A stretch of 64,000 nucleotides of DNA from a virus. Shown here one piece after another: positions 1-10,444 of this stretch. Below the pieces are notes generated by a model, which saw only the letters and a list, made by a program, of their open reading frames with translations, had not been told where the DNA came from and made no database searches. Both the position numbers and the translations under genes were made by a program. Every line of letters begins with the position of its first letter. The stretch's first letter is position 1. The stretch spans positions 64,001 through 128,000 of the IMG/VR virus record IMGVR_UViG_3300036770_006954; one strand, written 5' to 3'.

Positions 1-231
1 ATCATTTTTGAACCAAGATTGGTCCCTAACGATAAATTGAGTATTTTCACGAGCTCTTCTTTCCCAAACAAAACCTTCGAGTTCCTTTTCCCCAAAAATT
101 ATTAAGTTAGCATCGATTCGAAGTAGTTGTTCAAATTTATCTAAATAGTGTTGAAAAGAACGGGACCAACCCTCTTGAAGTTCATCTCGTTTAATATTCC
201 ATAAACCTGTGACAAATGTAATATTATTCAT
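1..231 (-). CDS. Partial (runs off window start) HtrL/YibB-like glycosyltransferase-related protein
   Basis: Manual translation from ATG at 231: MNNITFVTGLWNIKRDELQEGWSRSFQHYLDKFEQLL..., a typical HtrL/YibB-like N-terminus; start overlaps the stop of the upstream gene. Confidence 0.55.
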   Translation of the reverse strand, partial: MNNITFVTGLWNIKRDELQEGWSRSFQHYLDKFEQLLRIDANLIIFGEKELEGFVWERRARENTQFIVRDQSWFKND

Positions 232-1105
232 ATATGTTGTTAAATTCTTCAAATATTTTATAGAAACTTCTGTTTATAACAAAAAAATCCTCTTGTAATC
301 CCTTGATTCCTGAATCAGGAGACCACCAAACATCAAAAAATTTTTTATTGACTAATTCAGGATGGTTAAATGAAATTAATGTCATAATCAATTCTTCATA
401 TGGATGTTGATTATCTTCATCCATAATTCGTGTTAGGTAGTTGTCAAATAAATCGACCATTTGTCTCCATTTATCTCTGCGTCCACCGAACAATCCTCCA
501 ACAACATGTAAAGACCTATCATAATTGATATACCACTTTGGATTCACAGTTCCCGACCAATAATTTCTTTCATTGTCCTTGGCAATCATAAAAAATTTAT
601 CGCCAGTAAATTCAATTAAATTTTTCAACATTTCATTATTGAATTGATTACATTCGTAATACCTTTGTTCAATATGTTTTGAGGTCAGGTACTTATTTGG
701 AAACAAACCAACGTGTGACAATCCCGCGTCAATCCAATAATAATAATCATAAGACCCGTCTTCATAATCAAACCATTCGAATTTGGCGTATTGAATTTCT
801 AAACATCTATCACCCCTTTTGATTTCATCAACTTGTTTAATTGAATTTAATCTTTCAGAGTGTCTTGTTTTGGTTATATCGAAAACTCTGATTTCTAATT
901 TTTCTTTAGAAATTTGATGTTGATTGTAAAAAAAGTTGATAAGAGAATCATATTCTCTTTCTGAAGTGTAACATAAAAAGTCGGCTTCAGTCATTTTTAA
1001 CAACGACAATAGACTCCATCTATAGTGTCCGTTTCTACCTGGTCTTCCTCCCAAGTCAGTACCATTTAGGTCACTGTAGATACATGTAATAAACTTAGTT
1101 TTCAT
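224..1105 (-). CDS. HtrL/YibB (WlaTC)-like putative glycosyltransferase
   Basis: YYYWIDAGL motif, VVGGLFGG, EELIMT; lies in a GT operon. Confidence 0.55.
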   Translation of the reverse strand: MKTKFITCIYSDLNGTDLGGRPGRNGHYRWSLLSLLKMTEADFLCYTSEREYDSLINFFYNQHQISKEKLEIRVFDITKTRHSERLNSIKQVDEIKRGDRCLEIQYAKFEWFDYEDGSYDYYYWIDAGLSHVGLFPNKYLTSKHIEQRYYECNQFNNEMLKNLIEFTGDKFFMIAKDNERNYWSGTVNPKWYINYDRSLHVVGGLFGGRRDKWRQMVDLFDNYLTRIMDEDNQHPYEELIMTLISFNHPELVNKKFFDVWWSPDSGIKGLQEDFFVINRSFYKIFEEFNNIYE

Positions 1106-1830
1106 ATAGAAATTTCTGTGAAAATTTTATCCTGTTTAGTTTTAATATTTTGTGTAAGGTTCAGATACTCGGAAGGAATTTTGACTGGTGAATATTGGTT
1201 CCAATTATATGTTTGTGTATAAAAATTATTATAAACCCCATGTGACACATCTGACCAGTCACTAATTTGTGGTGCAATTGGTATTACGGGAGAATAACTT
1301 TGTTTTTTACTCATAATGAATTGATAAATAAAATCATCAATCGCATAATAACCCAAATTTTCTTTAGGTTCTAATTTCAAGACTTCATCGTAAACACTAT
1401 GGTGATAAATAATCATATTTGTTGCGAAGATACCTCTGTGGTGCTCCAATTTTGGTGGAAAATTTGTCAAATCCAATAAAGTTGAATATTGTTCACTTCT
1501 ATTAACAGGTCGATTTAGTGTTGGTGATAAATTAAATATACCGTAATCAATACCTTCAGTTTCGGTAGTAATTTTTTCAATAAGAGACTTGGCGTAGGGC
1601 ATAATTGAACAATCATCTTCAATCACCATTACCTCATCTAAACCTTTTTTAATTGCACTCTTTATTATCTCAATATGAGATAAAGAACAACCACCGTGGT
1701 CATTAGTATCTACAGCACTAAATCTTTCAAAGTCCCAACCAATATAATCCATTTCAAAATGAATGGATTGCATTCTGTCATGTCTTCTATCTAAATTGAC
1801 AACATACTTGTAAATTTTATTAATATCCAT
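1102..1830 (-). CDS. GT25-family glycosyltransferase
   Basis: YVVNLDRRHDR...RFSAVD...GCSLSH...VIEDD motifs. Confidence 0.8.
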   Translation of the reverse strand: MDINKIYKYVVNLDRRHDRMQSIHFEMDYIGWDFERFSAVDTNDHGGCSLSHIEIIKSAIKKGLDEVMVIEDDCSIMPYAKSLIEKITTETEGIDYGIFNLSPTLNRPVNRSEQYSTLLDLTNFPPKLEHHRGIFATNMIIYHHSVYDEVLKLEPKENLGYYAIDDFIYQFIMSKKQSYSPVIPIAPQISDWSDVSHGVYNNFYTQTYNWNQYSPVKIPSEYLNLTQNIKTKQDKIFTEISI

Positions 1831-3077
1831 TACAAGTTTCCTGTTAGACGGTCACACCAACCTTTTGACTCAGAGTGTGGCCATACAACCCAATAAGCCG
1901 GTTTTTGTGTTGTTTGGAACTCTCTCCAAATTTTACAATATTTGTCGGGGTCATTCATCATCCTCGAGATTTCAGCTTTGTCGGCATCCTTCCTAAATAA
2001 TGTCGAATCATCAGAACCATGGAATGCTACAACCCAAAAATCATAATCTTTTTCGGGTACACTAGCATAACCCACATCAATACAATGCTTGAACACTTGT
2101 GCAAAATCTTTTTTCCATTCTTCCTCGTTCTCGTAATTGTATGGGTTTGGGGGGTAATGTTTATCAATGGTATATTGTTGGACTGCTCTTTTCTCGAACA
2201 AAATCCCCGCATACTTTTCATAATCTCTCAGAGTCCTTTCAGTACCAAAACCATAAAGTCCATCATGACCTTCTTGAATTTCACCATCCATACCAAATAA
2301 TTTTCTGTTGGTAAGGTGAGACTTGTTGTTTTTATCGACCCATTGCTTGTCGTCATCCCATTGCTTGGTTCTACCCTTACGAGTGTATTCGTGCCAAATA
2401 AGAACCTTATGAGGGTGAAACAAATCATAACCCCAAGTGTATGCCCTTGCAGCAATCGAAATTTCCTCGCCATGAAAGTAATACTCAGGATTGTGTTGAA
2501 CCTCAGTTGAAAATTGTCCAAGAGTAAATGCATAGTGTGCTGAATAAAATCTTGCGGGAACGGGTTCTTTCATATCCCTCCAACCTGGAATTGTTTCAGG
2601 AAGGAAAAACACAGCGCCCTCAGGGATGAATCGGTCAAAAACCATTCTCCAAGGTTCTTGAACTCTTCCTGATGGGTCATTATCAGGGTCAAATGATGAA
2701 ACATATCCTGTTAGTAGGGGCTTTTTATGACCTTTTTTTTGAAGTTGTTTAACCATCTTTATCATTTCATCATCCCAATTTGGTGCAAACCTCATATGTG
2801 AATCAATTTGAAGTGTGTACTCTTCACCCTCATAAAGTTGTTGTGTTAGATTTCTCGCCCAACAAACTCCTTTCGAGTCTTCATATGGAATATTTAAAAT
2901 ACGAAAACGCTTATCGTTTTCATATTCAGTCAAATCATCAAACTTGTCGTCAGTATGAAATTGTCTTGAGATTGCAATTCTTAAATTTTTAGGTCTTTTA
3001 GCGTTCGCTATCATATCCCTCAAAGTGTGGATAAGTTGTGGGTCTCTATAAGAGGCAATTTGAACAAATATTTTCAT
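1830..3077 (-). CDS. GT60-like UDP-GlcNAc:polypeptide/hydroxyproline GlcNAc-transferase
   Basis: IFVQIASYRD, GVCWAR, LQIDSHMRF..WD, GEEI and WHEYTR motifs of the Gnt1/OGNT family. Confidence 0.8.
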   Translation of the reverse strand: MKIFVQIASYRDPQLIHTLRDMIANAKRPKNLRIAISRQFHTDDKFDDLTEYENDKRFRILNIPYEDSKGVCWARNLTQQLYEGEEYTLQIDSHMRFAPNWDDEMIKMVKQLQKKGHKKPLLTGYVSSFDPDNDPSGRVQEPWRMVFDRFIPEGAVFFLPETIPGWRDMKEPVPARFYSAHYAFTLGQFSTEVQHNPEYYFHGEEISIAARAYTWGYDLFHPHKVLIWHEYTRKGRTKQWDDDKQWVDKNNKSHLTNRKLFGMDGEIQEGHDGLYGFGTERTLRDYEKYAGILFEKRAVQQYTIDKHYPPNPYNYENEEEWKKDFAQVFKHCIDVGYASVPEKDYDFWVVAFHGSDDSTLFRKDADKAEISRMMNDPDKYCKIWREFQTTQKPAYWVVWPHSESKGWCDRLTGNL

Positions 3078-3137
3078 TAACTAAATTTTTACAAAAAAAA
3101 TAAGTATAATGAAAATAAAATGAATATTCCTTTTAAA

Positions 3138-3165
3138 CAAAAAACCCCTCACAAAGGAGGGGTTA
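3138..3165 (-). terminator. Intrinsic terminator after the Thr/Pro protein gene
   Basis: Minus strand ACCCCTC-loop-GAGGGGT followed by a T-run. Confidence 0.75.
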
Positions 3166-3167
3166 TT

Positions 3168-4187
3168 TTAACAAGGTGTTTCGTTATTTATGAATCCGTT
3201 TCCATTTATCACCTCGAACGCAGATGTTCCATCTGACCAATAACCATCATTTACAGGTGTAGTCAACGAGGTATCTAAGAATAAAAATTCACCTGTTGTT
3301 GGCCCTTGTGGTTGTGAGCTACTTGAGTAAACATTAAATGTTGTAACACTTGTACAAGCATCAATTGCTGTTGCCCCTGAGGTTAATAGATACGACCAAT
3401 AAGATATTGTTGGTGTTGGTGTCATACTTGTTGTAGGTGTATTCGTCGGAGTTTCTGTTGGCGTTGAAGTAATGGACGCAGTCAAACTAACGGTCGGCGT
3501 ATTAGTTGGTGTTTCTGTATTAGTTGGTGTGTTTGTTGGAGTTTGTGTCAAGGTTGGACAAACTGAAATAAATAAGAAATTCCCTGAAGAATCAACTTCA
3601 ATAACAATACCATTGAAATTATAGAAACCTGTCATATTGATTGTTGCTGGTCCTGCAGGAACGTTCGAGAGTAAAGATACATCCCCCCAAACAGAGTCGT
3701 TACCATATACCGTAATTGGTCCATTGATATTACCACACGCATCTAATAAAGTTGAACCGCTATAAACACTGAATGGAGTCAATGCTGGCGGAGTTACGCT
3801 AGGTGTGGGTGTGTTAGTTGGTGTTTCAGACGGCGTTTGGGTTGGGGTTTGTGTATTAGTCGTAGTGTTAGTTGGTGTGTTTGTTGGTGTCTCTGAAGGT
3901 GTTTGTGTTGGTGTATTTGTTGGTGTTTCTGAAGGTGTTTGTGTTGGGGTTGGCGTGTTTGTCGCACTTGGAGTTGGCGACATAGCAAACGGAAAGGAAC
4001 CAAAATCTGTAACAGTAATGATTGTTGGCATTGCTGTAGAATAGGTACCATCTATCAACCAAATATTGCAGGCATGTCCTGCGGGAAGTAAAACATCGTA
4101 TACCCACATTTGATTCGAACACTCTTGATATGAATAAACACCATTTGAAGATGTGTTATTAGTTAAAAGATATTTTCTACACGCCAT
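3168..4187 (-). CDS. Thr/Pro-repeat virion surface protein with a duplicated small Cys domain
   Basis: [12 protein letters not shown] repeats; two SGxT..DAC modules; late motif upstream. Confidence 0.6.
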   Translation of the reverse strand: MACRKYLLTNNTSSNGVYSYQECSNQMWVYDVLLPAGHACNIWLIDGTYSTAMPTIITVTDFGSFPFAMSPTPSATNTPTPTQTPSETPTNTPTQTPSETPTNTPTNTTTNTQTPTQTPSETPTNTPTPSVTPPALTPFSVYSGSTLLDACGNINGPITVYGNDSVWGDVSLLSNVPAGPATINMTGFYNFNGIVIEVDSSGNFLFISVCPTLTQTPTNTPTNTETPTNTPTVSLTASITSTPTETPTNTPTTSMTPTPTISYWSYLLTSGATAIDACTSVTTFNVYSSSSQPQGPTTGEFLFLDTSLTTPVNDGYWSDGTSAFEVINGNGFINNETPC

Positions 4188-4243
4188 TTTTTCGTTTTTT
4201 TAATAAATATTATAATATTTCAAATTATTTCAAGTCTGACTTT

Positions 4244-7200
4244 TTAACTTGGTGTGACTGTCGGTGTGGGTGTTGGTGTCACTGAAGTTTCACTTGGTGT
4301 TGCTGTGGGAGTTGGCGTTGGAATAACAAGGTCATTTTCTACTTCAATACCAATGTATATTAATTCACCACTAACAAAGTTAGTAGATGCCGATTGAATT
4401 AATCCTATATTACCCGAAGGTGTTGCTCCCGAGACAGTTCCAAACACAAAACCGTTATCTGAACCATTTTCCCAATACTTCAACGAATTCGAATCACCAG
4501 AATAAATTACCGTTGTGCCCGATTGTGTCATTGTAAAGAAAATAGTGTTACCCGTAAACTCAGAAAAATAATCTAATCGGTCAACATCATCTGAATCAAA
4601 TGAGTTGAAATACACTCCACTATTAGGAGAATTCAATAAATTCGGGTCCGTGATACCATTATCAATTATTGTATTTCCAGAAGTTGGTAGTCCTGAAGGA
4701 GATGTAATAAAGTTATAAGGAGCCGAACTTTGAATCTGTACATCAACTAAAGTAGTCAAAGTAATAGGGTACGAACTTGTGAGAGTTACCGATTGGCTGA
4801 CACTCGAGTCTAACAGAATTGTTTGATTATTCAGAACTGTTACAGTACCAGGAGGGTCCTGAACTCTTAGTGACGCTAATAAAGGTGTACCATTACCTGA
4901 GGGGGTTGAAGACAATCCAAGAGTGATTGTGTAAATACCCGAACTAGGATTTGCAGTATTATCAGTGTCAGCAATGTATTGGTTTCCACCACCTGCCGCG
5001 GGACATGGCCAAGGATTTTGTGGACCTATAGGTAACGAATTCACGTAGAATGTCGGTCTAGGAATACTGTTTATAGTAACATCGGTTATACTGGTAAATT
5101 GACTACAGTTCGAGATGTATAATTCAATTGGTCCCGTTGTTTGAGTTGGCGTTTGAGTATGAGTTGGAGTATTTGTCGGTGTTTCAGTATTGGTAGGTGT
5201 TGGAGTCTGAGTTGGCGTTTCAGTATTTGTTGGTGTTGGCGTTTCAGTATTTGTTGGTGTTGGGGTTTCAGTAGGTGTTTCAGTTGGTGTATTTGTTGGG
5301 GTTTCAGTATTGGTTGGTGTTGGAGTTGGAGTTTCTGAAGTTTCAGTAGGAGTTGGTGTTGGAGTTTCAGTAGGTGTCTCTGTATTTGTTGGTGTTGGTG
5401 TTGGAGTTTCTGAAGTTTCAGTAGGTGTTGGAGTTGGTGTTGTAGGTGGTAAACAACAATCAGTATCATAAACAACACTGACAGGTGTTGAACCCGATAA
5501 TACAACCAACGAATCTTTTTCGAAACAAAACTCAAATCTGAATCTTACAGTATCAGGATATGTTGTAGCCGTCAGGGTTCGGTTGTAAGTGTAAAGTCCA
5601 TCGCAACTAGTCATTTGAACTATCGTGTCACCAGTTATTTCTACTGATACAAACTGATAACATTCGTCCAAAACACAAGTAGCTGTTGGAGTCGGTGTCA
5701 TTGTTTCCGTTGGTGTGGGTGTAGAAGTTGTCGAAGTTTCGGTTGGTGTCGGAGTTGGTGTCGGAGTTACTGAGGTCTCAGTAGGTGTTGGGGTCGGACC
5801 ACCACAACAATCAAGAGCAACATAATATGCATAAATTATCCCTCCACCACCATCCCAATAATTGATGAGAACTGGTGGTGTCGATAAACATACTAGTCGT
5901 CCACTATATCCTGAGATTTGAACGGTTTCGGTTCCACCACTACAGTAAGTGAATTCCCAAGTGGCACCTGAAGCAACACCTCCGAACACCTCATACTCCA
6001 AACAACCCGCACAAGGTTGAGTTAAAGTTGGTGTTGGAGTTGGTGTTTGTGAAGATGTAACACTTGGTGTTGGAGTTGGTGTTGGTGGTGGTGAACAAAG
6101 GGCGACTTCAGTAATTTCAATCCAATTATTGTAAATATTGATTGTTCCTTCACATAGGCAAGTGGTAAATACTTGATAAGCCTCAAGGGTGTAATCAATA
6201 ATATTACCATTACAATCAGTGGCAGTAAAGACCGCAGGAATCGGTTCCAAATTCCTGAAAGTATACTCAACACAATTACATGCCGTAGGTGTAATTGTTG
6301 GTGTTGGCGTGTTTGAGGAAGTATTTGTTGGTGTCGGAGTATTTGATGATGTTGCCGTTGGTGTTAAATTTGCAGTGACACTAACTGTCGGACTATTACT
6401 CGGTGTTGGAGTTATGAAAACATTTCTACATGGTCCTACTCTTAAAACGGTTATATCAGAACAACTTGATGTTGGTGGTACACAAGCACATACATTTACC
6501 GAATCGAATTGTGAGAAAACGCTCAATCCAAAATAAGAAGGCCCTTGGCTCACAAAATTTCCGTTACAATCAACCCAATTAACGTTTTCACCACATGGGG
6601 TCGCACCCGTGAAATAAAGTGTATAAGTTTGACAATCACAACCACTTGTAGTCGGTGTTGGGGTGTTAGTTGGAGTAACAGATGGTGTTACTGTGTTACT
6701 TGGTGTTTGTGTATTAGTTGGGGTTTGAGTGACAGTGGGAGTCTGTGTGACAGTTGGCGTGACTGAAGAAGTAGGTGTTGGGGTTGGTAAATTACATCCA
6801 GCACCCAAATTAGTTTGTGTTGTTAAACAACTTGTGATTACACAGTCCCCACATATACAAACATAAATTGTTGAACCCGATGTGAAAACATTATCAGTAT
6901 ACTGTGGGAAATCTGATGCCGATTTAGTAATTAGAGTTCCAAAACAATCGATGTAACTAATCGTGTTTGAACAATTCTCATTAAATGTAACTTCAATAGT
7001 TTTACACTCACAAGGTGTTTCTGTTGGCGTTTGAGTTGGGGTAGATGTCACTGTTTCTGTTGGGGTAACTGTTGGAGTTGCAGTCATAGATGCTGTAACA
7101 GAAGGTGTTGGAGAAACTGACACACCTTCACAACAGTTGTTATAGAAAGAAGAATTCAATATACGGTCACTGTTTGCGTCATAAATTGTGGTCCCTGAAA

Positions 7201-9178
7201 TACAATTACCTTCCAATGGACCTAAGGTGACTGTATATGGGTATACACCCGTTGGTGACTCCAATGGGAAGAATCTGTTCCATGGACCAAACGACGCACA
7301 ATAAGTCATAACTGCGGTTGTAGGTCCGAGGATAAGAATATCAACGTTATTCCAACAATTAGTCGTTGCGCAAGTTGGTGTTGGCGATACTTCAAAAGTA
7401 TTTGTTGGTGTTGATGTGTTAGTTGGTGTAACTGTAGGTGTAGGGGTAGGGCAAGGGTCATCAAAAGGCCATGCAGAACCACCACCTCTACAAGGAGTAG
7501 AATATGAATTAACAGTTACTGCAGGACCACCAACAGTGCCTGTCACAAAACAATAATCGTCAAGATTATAAGTACCAATTGGTAAACCATCCAAAGTGAC
7601 AACAGATTCATCACAACAAGTCAATCCTGTAATAAATGCTGTTGATGCGGTTACAGTTATATTAACAATCGACGCACATCTTCCTGGTGGTGTCGGTGTA
7701 GGGGTTGGAGTTTGAGTTGCTGAATTTGTTGGTGTCGGTGATGCAAAAAACTGAGGACAAACCACATTAATAGCATCCAAGAAATTTCCACCTGCTTGTG
7801 CAGATGTTGCGGAAAACAATAATTGATAATTTTGTTCTTGTGCAACAAAATTAATAGTGTTAAAAGTCCATTGTCGGGTTACGGCAGTGTATTCTGTTGG
7901 GAAATAGATAAGACCTGTAGTTTGTCCACTAACTGCGACAACTAATGTATTTAAAAAGTCTTGTCTACCCATATGGGCAAACTGAATTTGGTATTGAGTT
8001 CCAGGTGTGGCGTAAAAGGCTTGAAATAACGCTTGTGGTGAGGCTAAATCGGCATTTACTTCGGCAAAATAATTACCTTCGTAGGCAAAATAATTTTGGA
8101 AACCACTTGGCCAAATTTCGATACTTTGGTCGGCAGCGGTGGTTTCCCAAAAAGGAATACAAAATTCAGGATAGAACCTTGGTTGGTTCGTAGAAGGTAA
8201 GCAAAATGATGTGCTTGTATTGAAATCTTCAAATGAAGTGTTTCCCAATCTTCCACAAGCTAAAGTTGGTGTGGGAGTCGGAGTTGCTGTTGGTGTTTGA
8301 GTTACCGTTGCAACAAACTGACATTCAGGAGCAGATGAGGCTCCTCCTACATATGTTCCGGTATTTTTGATGTATGTGAGACCATAAGGGGCAATTGGAT
8401 TAAACAACCAAACATCACCATTAGCGTTTGTTATGTATAAATCGTTATCATTTATAAACATTCCTAATGCATAAGGAATAGATGGTTGAACTATAAACTC
8501 CAACACCATTGCACCGGTTGAGTAGTTATAACCTCTTATGTAACCATCAACGGTTGTTGCATATAAAATGTTATTAGTTGTTAGAATCAAATCTCCATAA
8601 ACAACCCCTATTATATTGAATTTTGGCGTTACAACACCCGTAGTTGTGGTAATATCAATTTCAATCACGGTTAAACCACTTGTTGAAATCAATTTTGTAT
8701 TCGAAATTGCGGTCATACCTGCACCAAGTTCTACACCTGTTACTGCGATATTTCGGTTGTATAAAATCGAAAAAGGGTTCAGAGTAATATTATATTCGTA
8801 AATTGCTCCTGTGGTGTAGTATGCAGAATAAGTCCAAAGTTTTGTTGTTGTATTGGCAATATCTACACCATTACCCAAAATAGGTCCACCTAAAAATACT
8901 GATAAAGGTGTAACGGTATTACTCGAAAACTCGTAAATTGCACCCGGTGCTAAGAAAACCACACAGTCATCTAAAGAAGGTGGAGTAGTTGTGAATGAAT
9001 AATTGTAGTCGTATAAGGGTGAATAGACATCATAATCCCCAAAATAATAGGGGTTTAGGTAATTGAATGGGATTGTTTGTTCACCAATATCAATAGTTCC
9101 ACCACTATATGGGTTAAAAGTTACATTAACCGTTTGTCCGCTAAGATTATCACTTAAAACTCGAATTCCGACTGCCAT
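4244..9178 (-). CDS. Large (1644 aa) fibre/adhesin-like protein: beta-propeller-like and jelly-roll-like domains plus Cys-rich modules joined by TP linkers
   Basis: About 10 TPTPT linkers alternating with Cys-rich ~55-75 aa modules; NTSFE...AEVN...NFLD segment is carbohydrate-binding-like. Confidence 0.6.
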   Translation of the reverse strand: MAVGIRVLSDNLSGQTVNVTFNPYSGGTIDIGEQTIPFNYLNPYYFGDYDVYSPLYDYNYSFTTTPPSLDDCVVFLAPGAIYEFSSNTVTPLSVFLGGPILGNGVDIANTTTKLWTYSAYYTTGAIYEYNITLNPFSILYNRNIAVTGVELGAGMTAISNTKLISTSGLTVIEIDITTTTGVVTPKFNIIGVVYGDLILTTNNILYATTVDGYIRGYNYSTGAMVLEFIVQPSIPYALGMFINDNDLYITNANGDVWLFNPIAPYGLTYIKNTGTYVGGASSAPECQFVATVTQTPTATPTPTPTLACGRLGNTSFEDFNTSTSFCLPSTNQPRFYPEFCIPFWETTAADQSIEIWPSGFQNYFAYEGNYFAEVNADLASPQALFQAFYATPGTQYQIQFAHMGRQDFLNTLVVAVSGQTTGLIYFPTEYTAVTRQWTFNTINFVAQEQNYQLLFSATSAQAGGNFLDAINVVCPQFFASPTPTNSATQTPTPTPTPPGRCASIVNITVTASTAFITGLTCCDESVVTLDGLPIGTYNLDDYCFVTGTVGGPAVTVNSYSTPCRGGGSAWPFDDPCPTPTPTVTPTNTSTPTNTFEVSPTPTCATTNCWNNVDILILGPTTAVMTYCASFGPWNRFFPLESPTGVYPYTVTLGPLEGNCISGTTIYDANSDRILNSSFYNNCCEGVSVSPTPSVTASMTATPTVTPTETVTSTPTQTPTETPCECKTIEVTFNENCSNTISYIDCFGTLITKSASDFPQYTDNVFTSGSTIYVCICGDCVITSCLTTQTNLGAGCNLPTPTPTSSVTPTVTQTPTVTQTPTNTQTPSNTVTPSVTPTNTPTPTTSGCDCQTYTLYFTGATPCGENVNWVDCNGNFVSQGPSYFGLSVFSQFDSVNVCACVPPTSSCSDITVLRVGPCRNVFITPTPSNSPTVSVTANLTPTATSSNTPTPTNTSSNTPTPTITPTACNCVEYTFRNLEPIPAVFTATDCNGNIIDYTLEAYQVFTTCLCEGTINIYNNWIEITEVALCSPPPTPTPTPSVTSSQTPTPTPTLTQPCAGCLEYEVFGGVASGATWEFTYCSGGTETVQISGYSGRLVCLSTPPVLINYWDGGGGIIYAYYVALDCCGGPTPTPTETSVTPTPTPTPTETSTTSTPTPTETMTPTPTATCVLDECYQFVSVEITGDTIVQMTSCDGLYTYNRTLTATTYPDTVRFRFEFCFEKDSLVVLSGSTPVSVVYDTDCCLPPTTPTPTPTETSETPTPTPTNTETPTETPTPTPTETSETPTPTPTNTETPTNTPTETPTETPTPTNTETPTPTNTETPTQTPTPTNTETPTNTPTHTQTPTQTTGPIELYISNCSQFTSITDVTINSIPRPTFYVNSLPIGPQNPWPCPAAGGGNQYIADTDNTANPSSGIYTITLGLSSTPSGNGTPLLASLRVQDPPGTVTVLNNQTILLDSSVSQSVTLTSSYPITLTTLVDVQIQSSAPYNFITSPSGLPTSGNTIIDNGITDPNLLNSPNSGVYFNSFDSDDVDRLDYFSEFTGNTIFFTMTQSGTTVIYSGDSNSLKYWENGSDNGFVFGTVSGATPSGNIGLIQSASTNFVSGELIYIGIEVENDLVIPTPTPTATPSETSVTPTPTPTVTPS

Positions 9179-9213
9179 AATAATAAATACTCAATACCTC
9201 CAATTAGTTTTTA

Positions 9214-9780
9214 TCAACACACACCTGTATTGATAATTAATGTTCCACTTATTTGTATTATTTTTACACCATCCGAAATTGTAAAGTTTGCCCCAATTGG
9301 TGGAATAGTTAATTCACGATTACCATAAACATGGTCACCGACAGTTAATTGTCTAAAAGGCTTGGTTGAATACACAGTAACATTTGAAGGAAACCCTCCG
9401 AATTGATTTATTTGTTGACAAACATCTTGAAAATAACCACCCGTTCTTAAATTTTGGATGAAGACTGCTGAGGGGGTAACGGAAGGTGTTACAGTATTTG
9501 TTGGTGTTGGTGTTTGAGTGGTTGGGGTTTGACTCAAACTTACTGTTGGTGTTACTGTTGGTGTGATTGTTGGTGTTGGTGTTGAGGAGGGACAAGGACC
9601 TAAATTAACTATATTCAAAGGTGCCCCATAAGATTCAACCGTGATTGATTCTGCACAAATACTTTCAGAAAATAATGGTGCAATTTGAGTAATATTTACA
9701 CTACCTGTACAACCAGTCCATTTATAAAATCCCTCTTGTACGGAGTTATAATTTGTTATTCTATAGTATAGACAAGACAT
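9214..9780 (-). CDS. Cys module + TP linker virion protein
   Basis: Same Cys module type as 4244..9178 (CLYYRITN...WTGCTG...IC...GPC) followed by TP repeats. Confidence 0.55.
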   Translation of the reverse strand: MSCLYYRITNYNSVQEGFYKWTGCTGSVNITQIAPLFSESICAESITVESYGAPLNIVNLGPCPSSTPTPTITPTVTPTVSLSQTPTTQTPTPTNTVTPSVTPSAVFIQNLRTGGYFQDVCQQINQFGGFPSNVTVYSTKPFRQLTVGDHVYGNRELTIPPIGANFTISDGVKIIQISGTLIINTGVC

Positions 9781-9791
9781 TTTTCAATCAA

Positions 9792-10424
9792 TTAGAATGT
9801 CTTGTTTAAAACGAATAAATCACTGTAAATATAGTTCAATGGGTCGTCGCTACTAAATTGTACCGTAATGTCCAAAGTGTTTGAAATTGTTGTATCAAAG
9901 TCTGTATTATTCGTTGTTTGAAAGGCAGTTCCATATACTTGCCCGTTTCCTTTAACCACTTGAAAATTACCATGACTAGAAATTGACCCTACAGTAGGAC
10001 CACCAATATTACGAATTGTAAAAAAAACACTCATAAACCAATTATCGCCTGATGCCGCAGGGTCAAAAGATGCACTTGTTGCAAGTATAACAGAACCTGA
10101 CTTAAGTCTTATTGTAATATCATCATTAGTATTATTCAAAACACCACCCATAATGAGTTGAAAACTATCCCCAACTGAAAATCCATTTGCGGGTACACTC
10201 AATGTTCCAACCCCTTCACCAATTATTGTTGTTTCGGATGTTGTCCCACTTACAGTAACACTATTTCCTGTTTGAGAAAAAAGACCATAAACTTGAGGAT
10301 ATGGGTTCAGTGAACCTTGTTTTACTCTGTATGTTGTACCAGATTGTGCAACGGCAAATTCCGCATTGGGTGTTATTCCTGAAGATAATAACTCGGGAAG
10401 TTGAGAAATGGGTAAATTTGGCAT
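9792..10424 (-). CDS. Putative tail-fibre/accessory structural protein
   Basis: N-terminal PISQLP motif of the kind seen in phage fibre proteins; beta-rich C-terminus. Confidence 0.45.
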   Translation of the reverse strand: MPNLPISQLPELLSSGITPNAEFAVAQSGTTYRVKQGSLNPYPQVYGLFSQTGNSVTVSGTTSETTIIGEGVGTLSVPANGFSVGDSFQLIMGGVLNNTNDDITIRLKSGSVILATSASFDPAASGDNWFMSVFFTIRNIGGPTVGSISSHGNFQVVKGNGQVYGTAFQTTNNTDFDTTISNTLDITVQFSSDDPLNYIYSDLFVLNKTF

Positions 10425-10444
10425 TTTATTTTATAAATATTTGT

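Noticed and set aside
5140-5450. Tandem DNA repeats (gttggtgtt...) as a possible CRISPR array or DGR repeat
   Set aside because: Degenerate at third codon positions, in frame with Thr/Pro coding; no constant repeat with unique spacers and no RT or cas gene in the window
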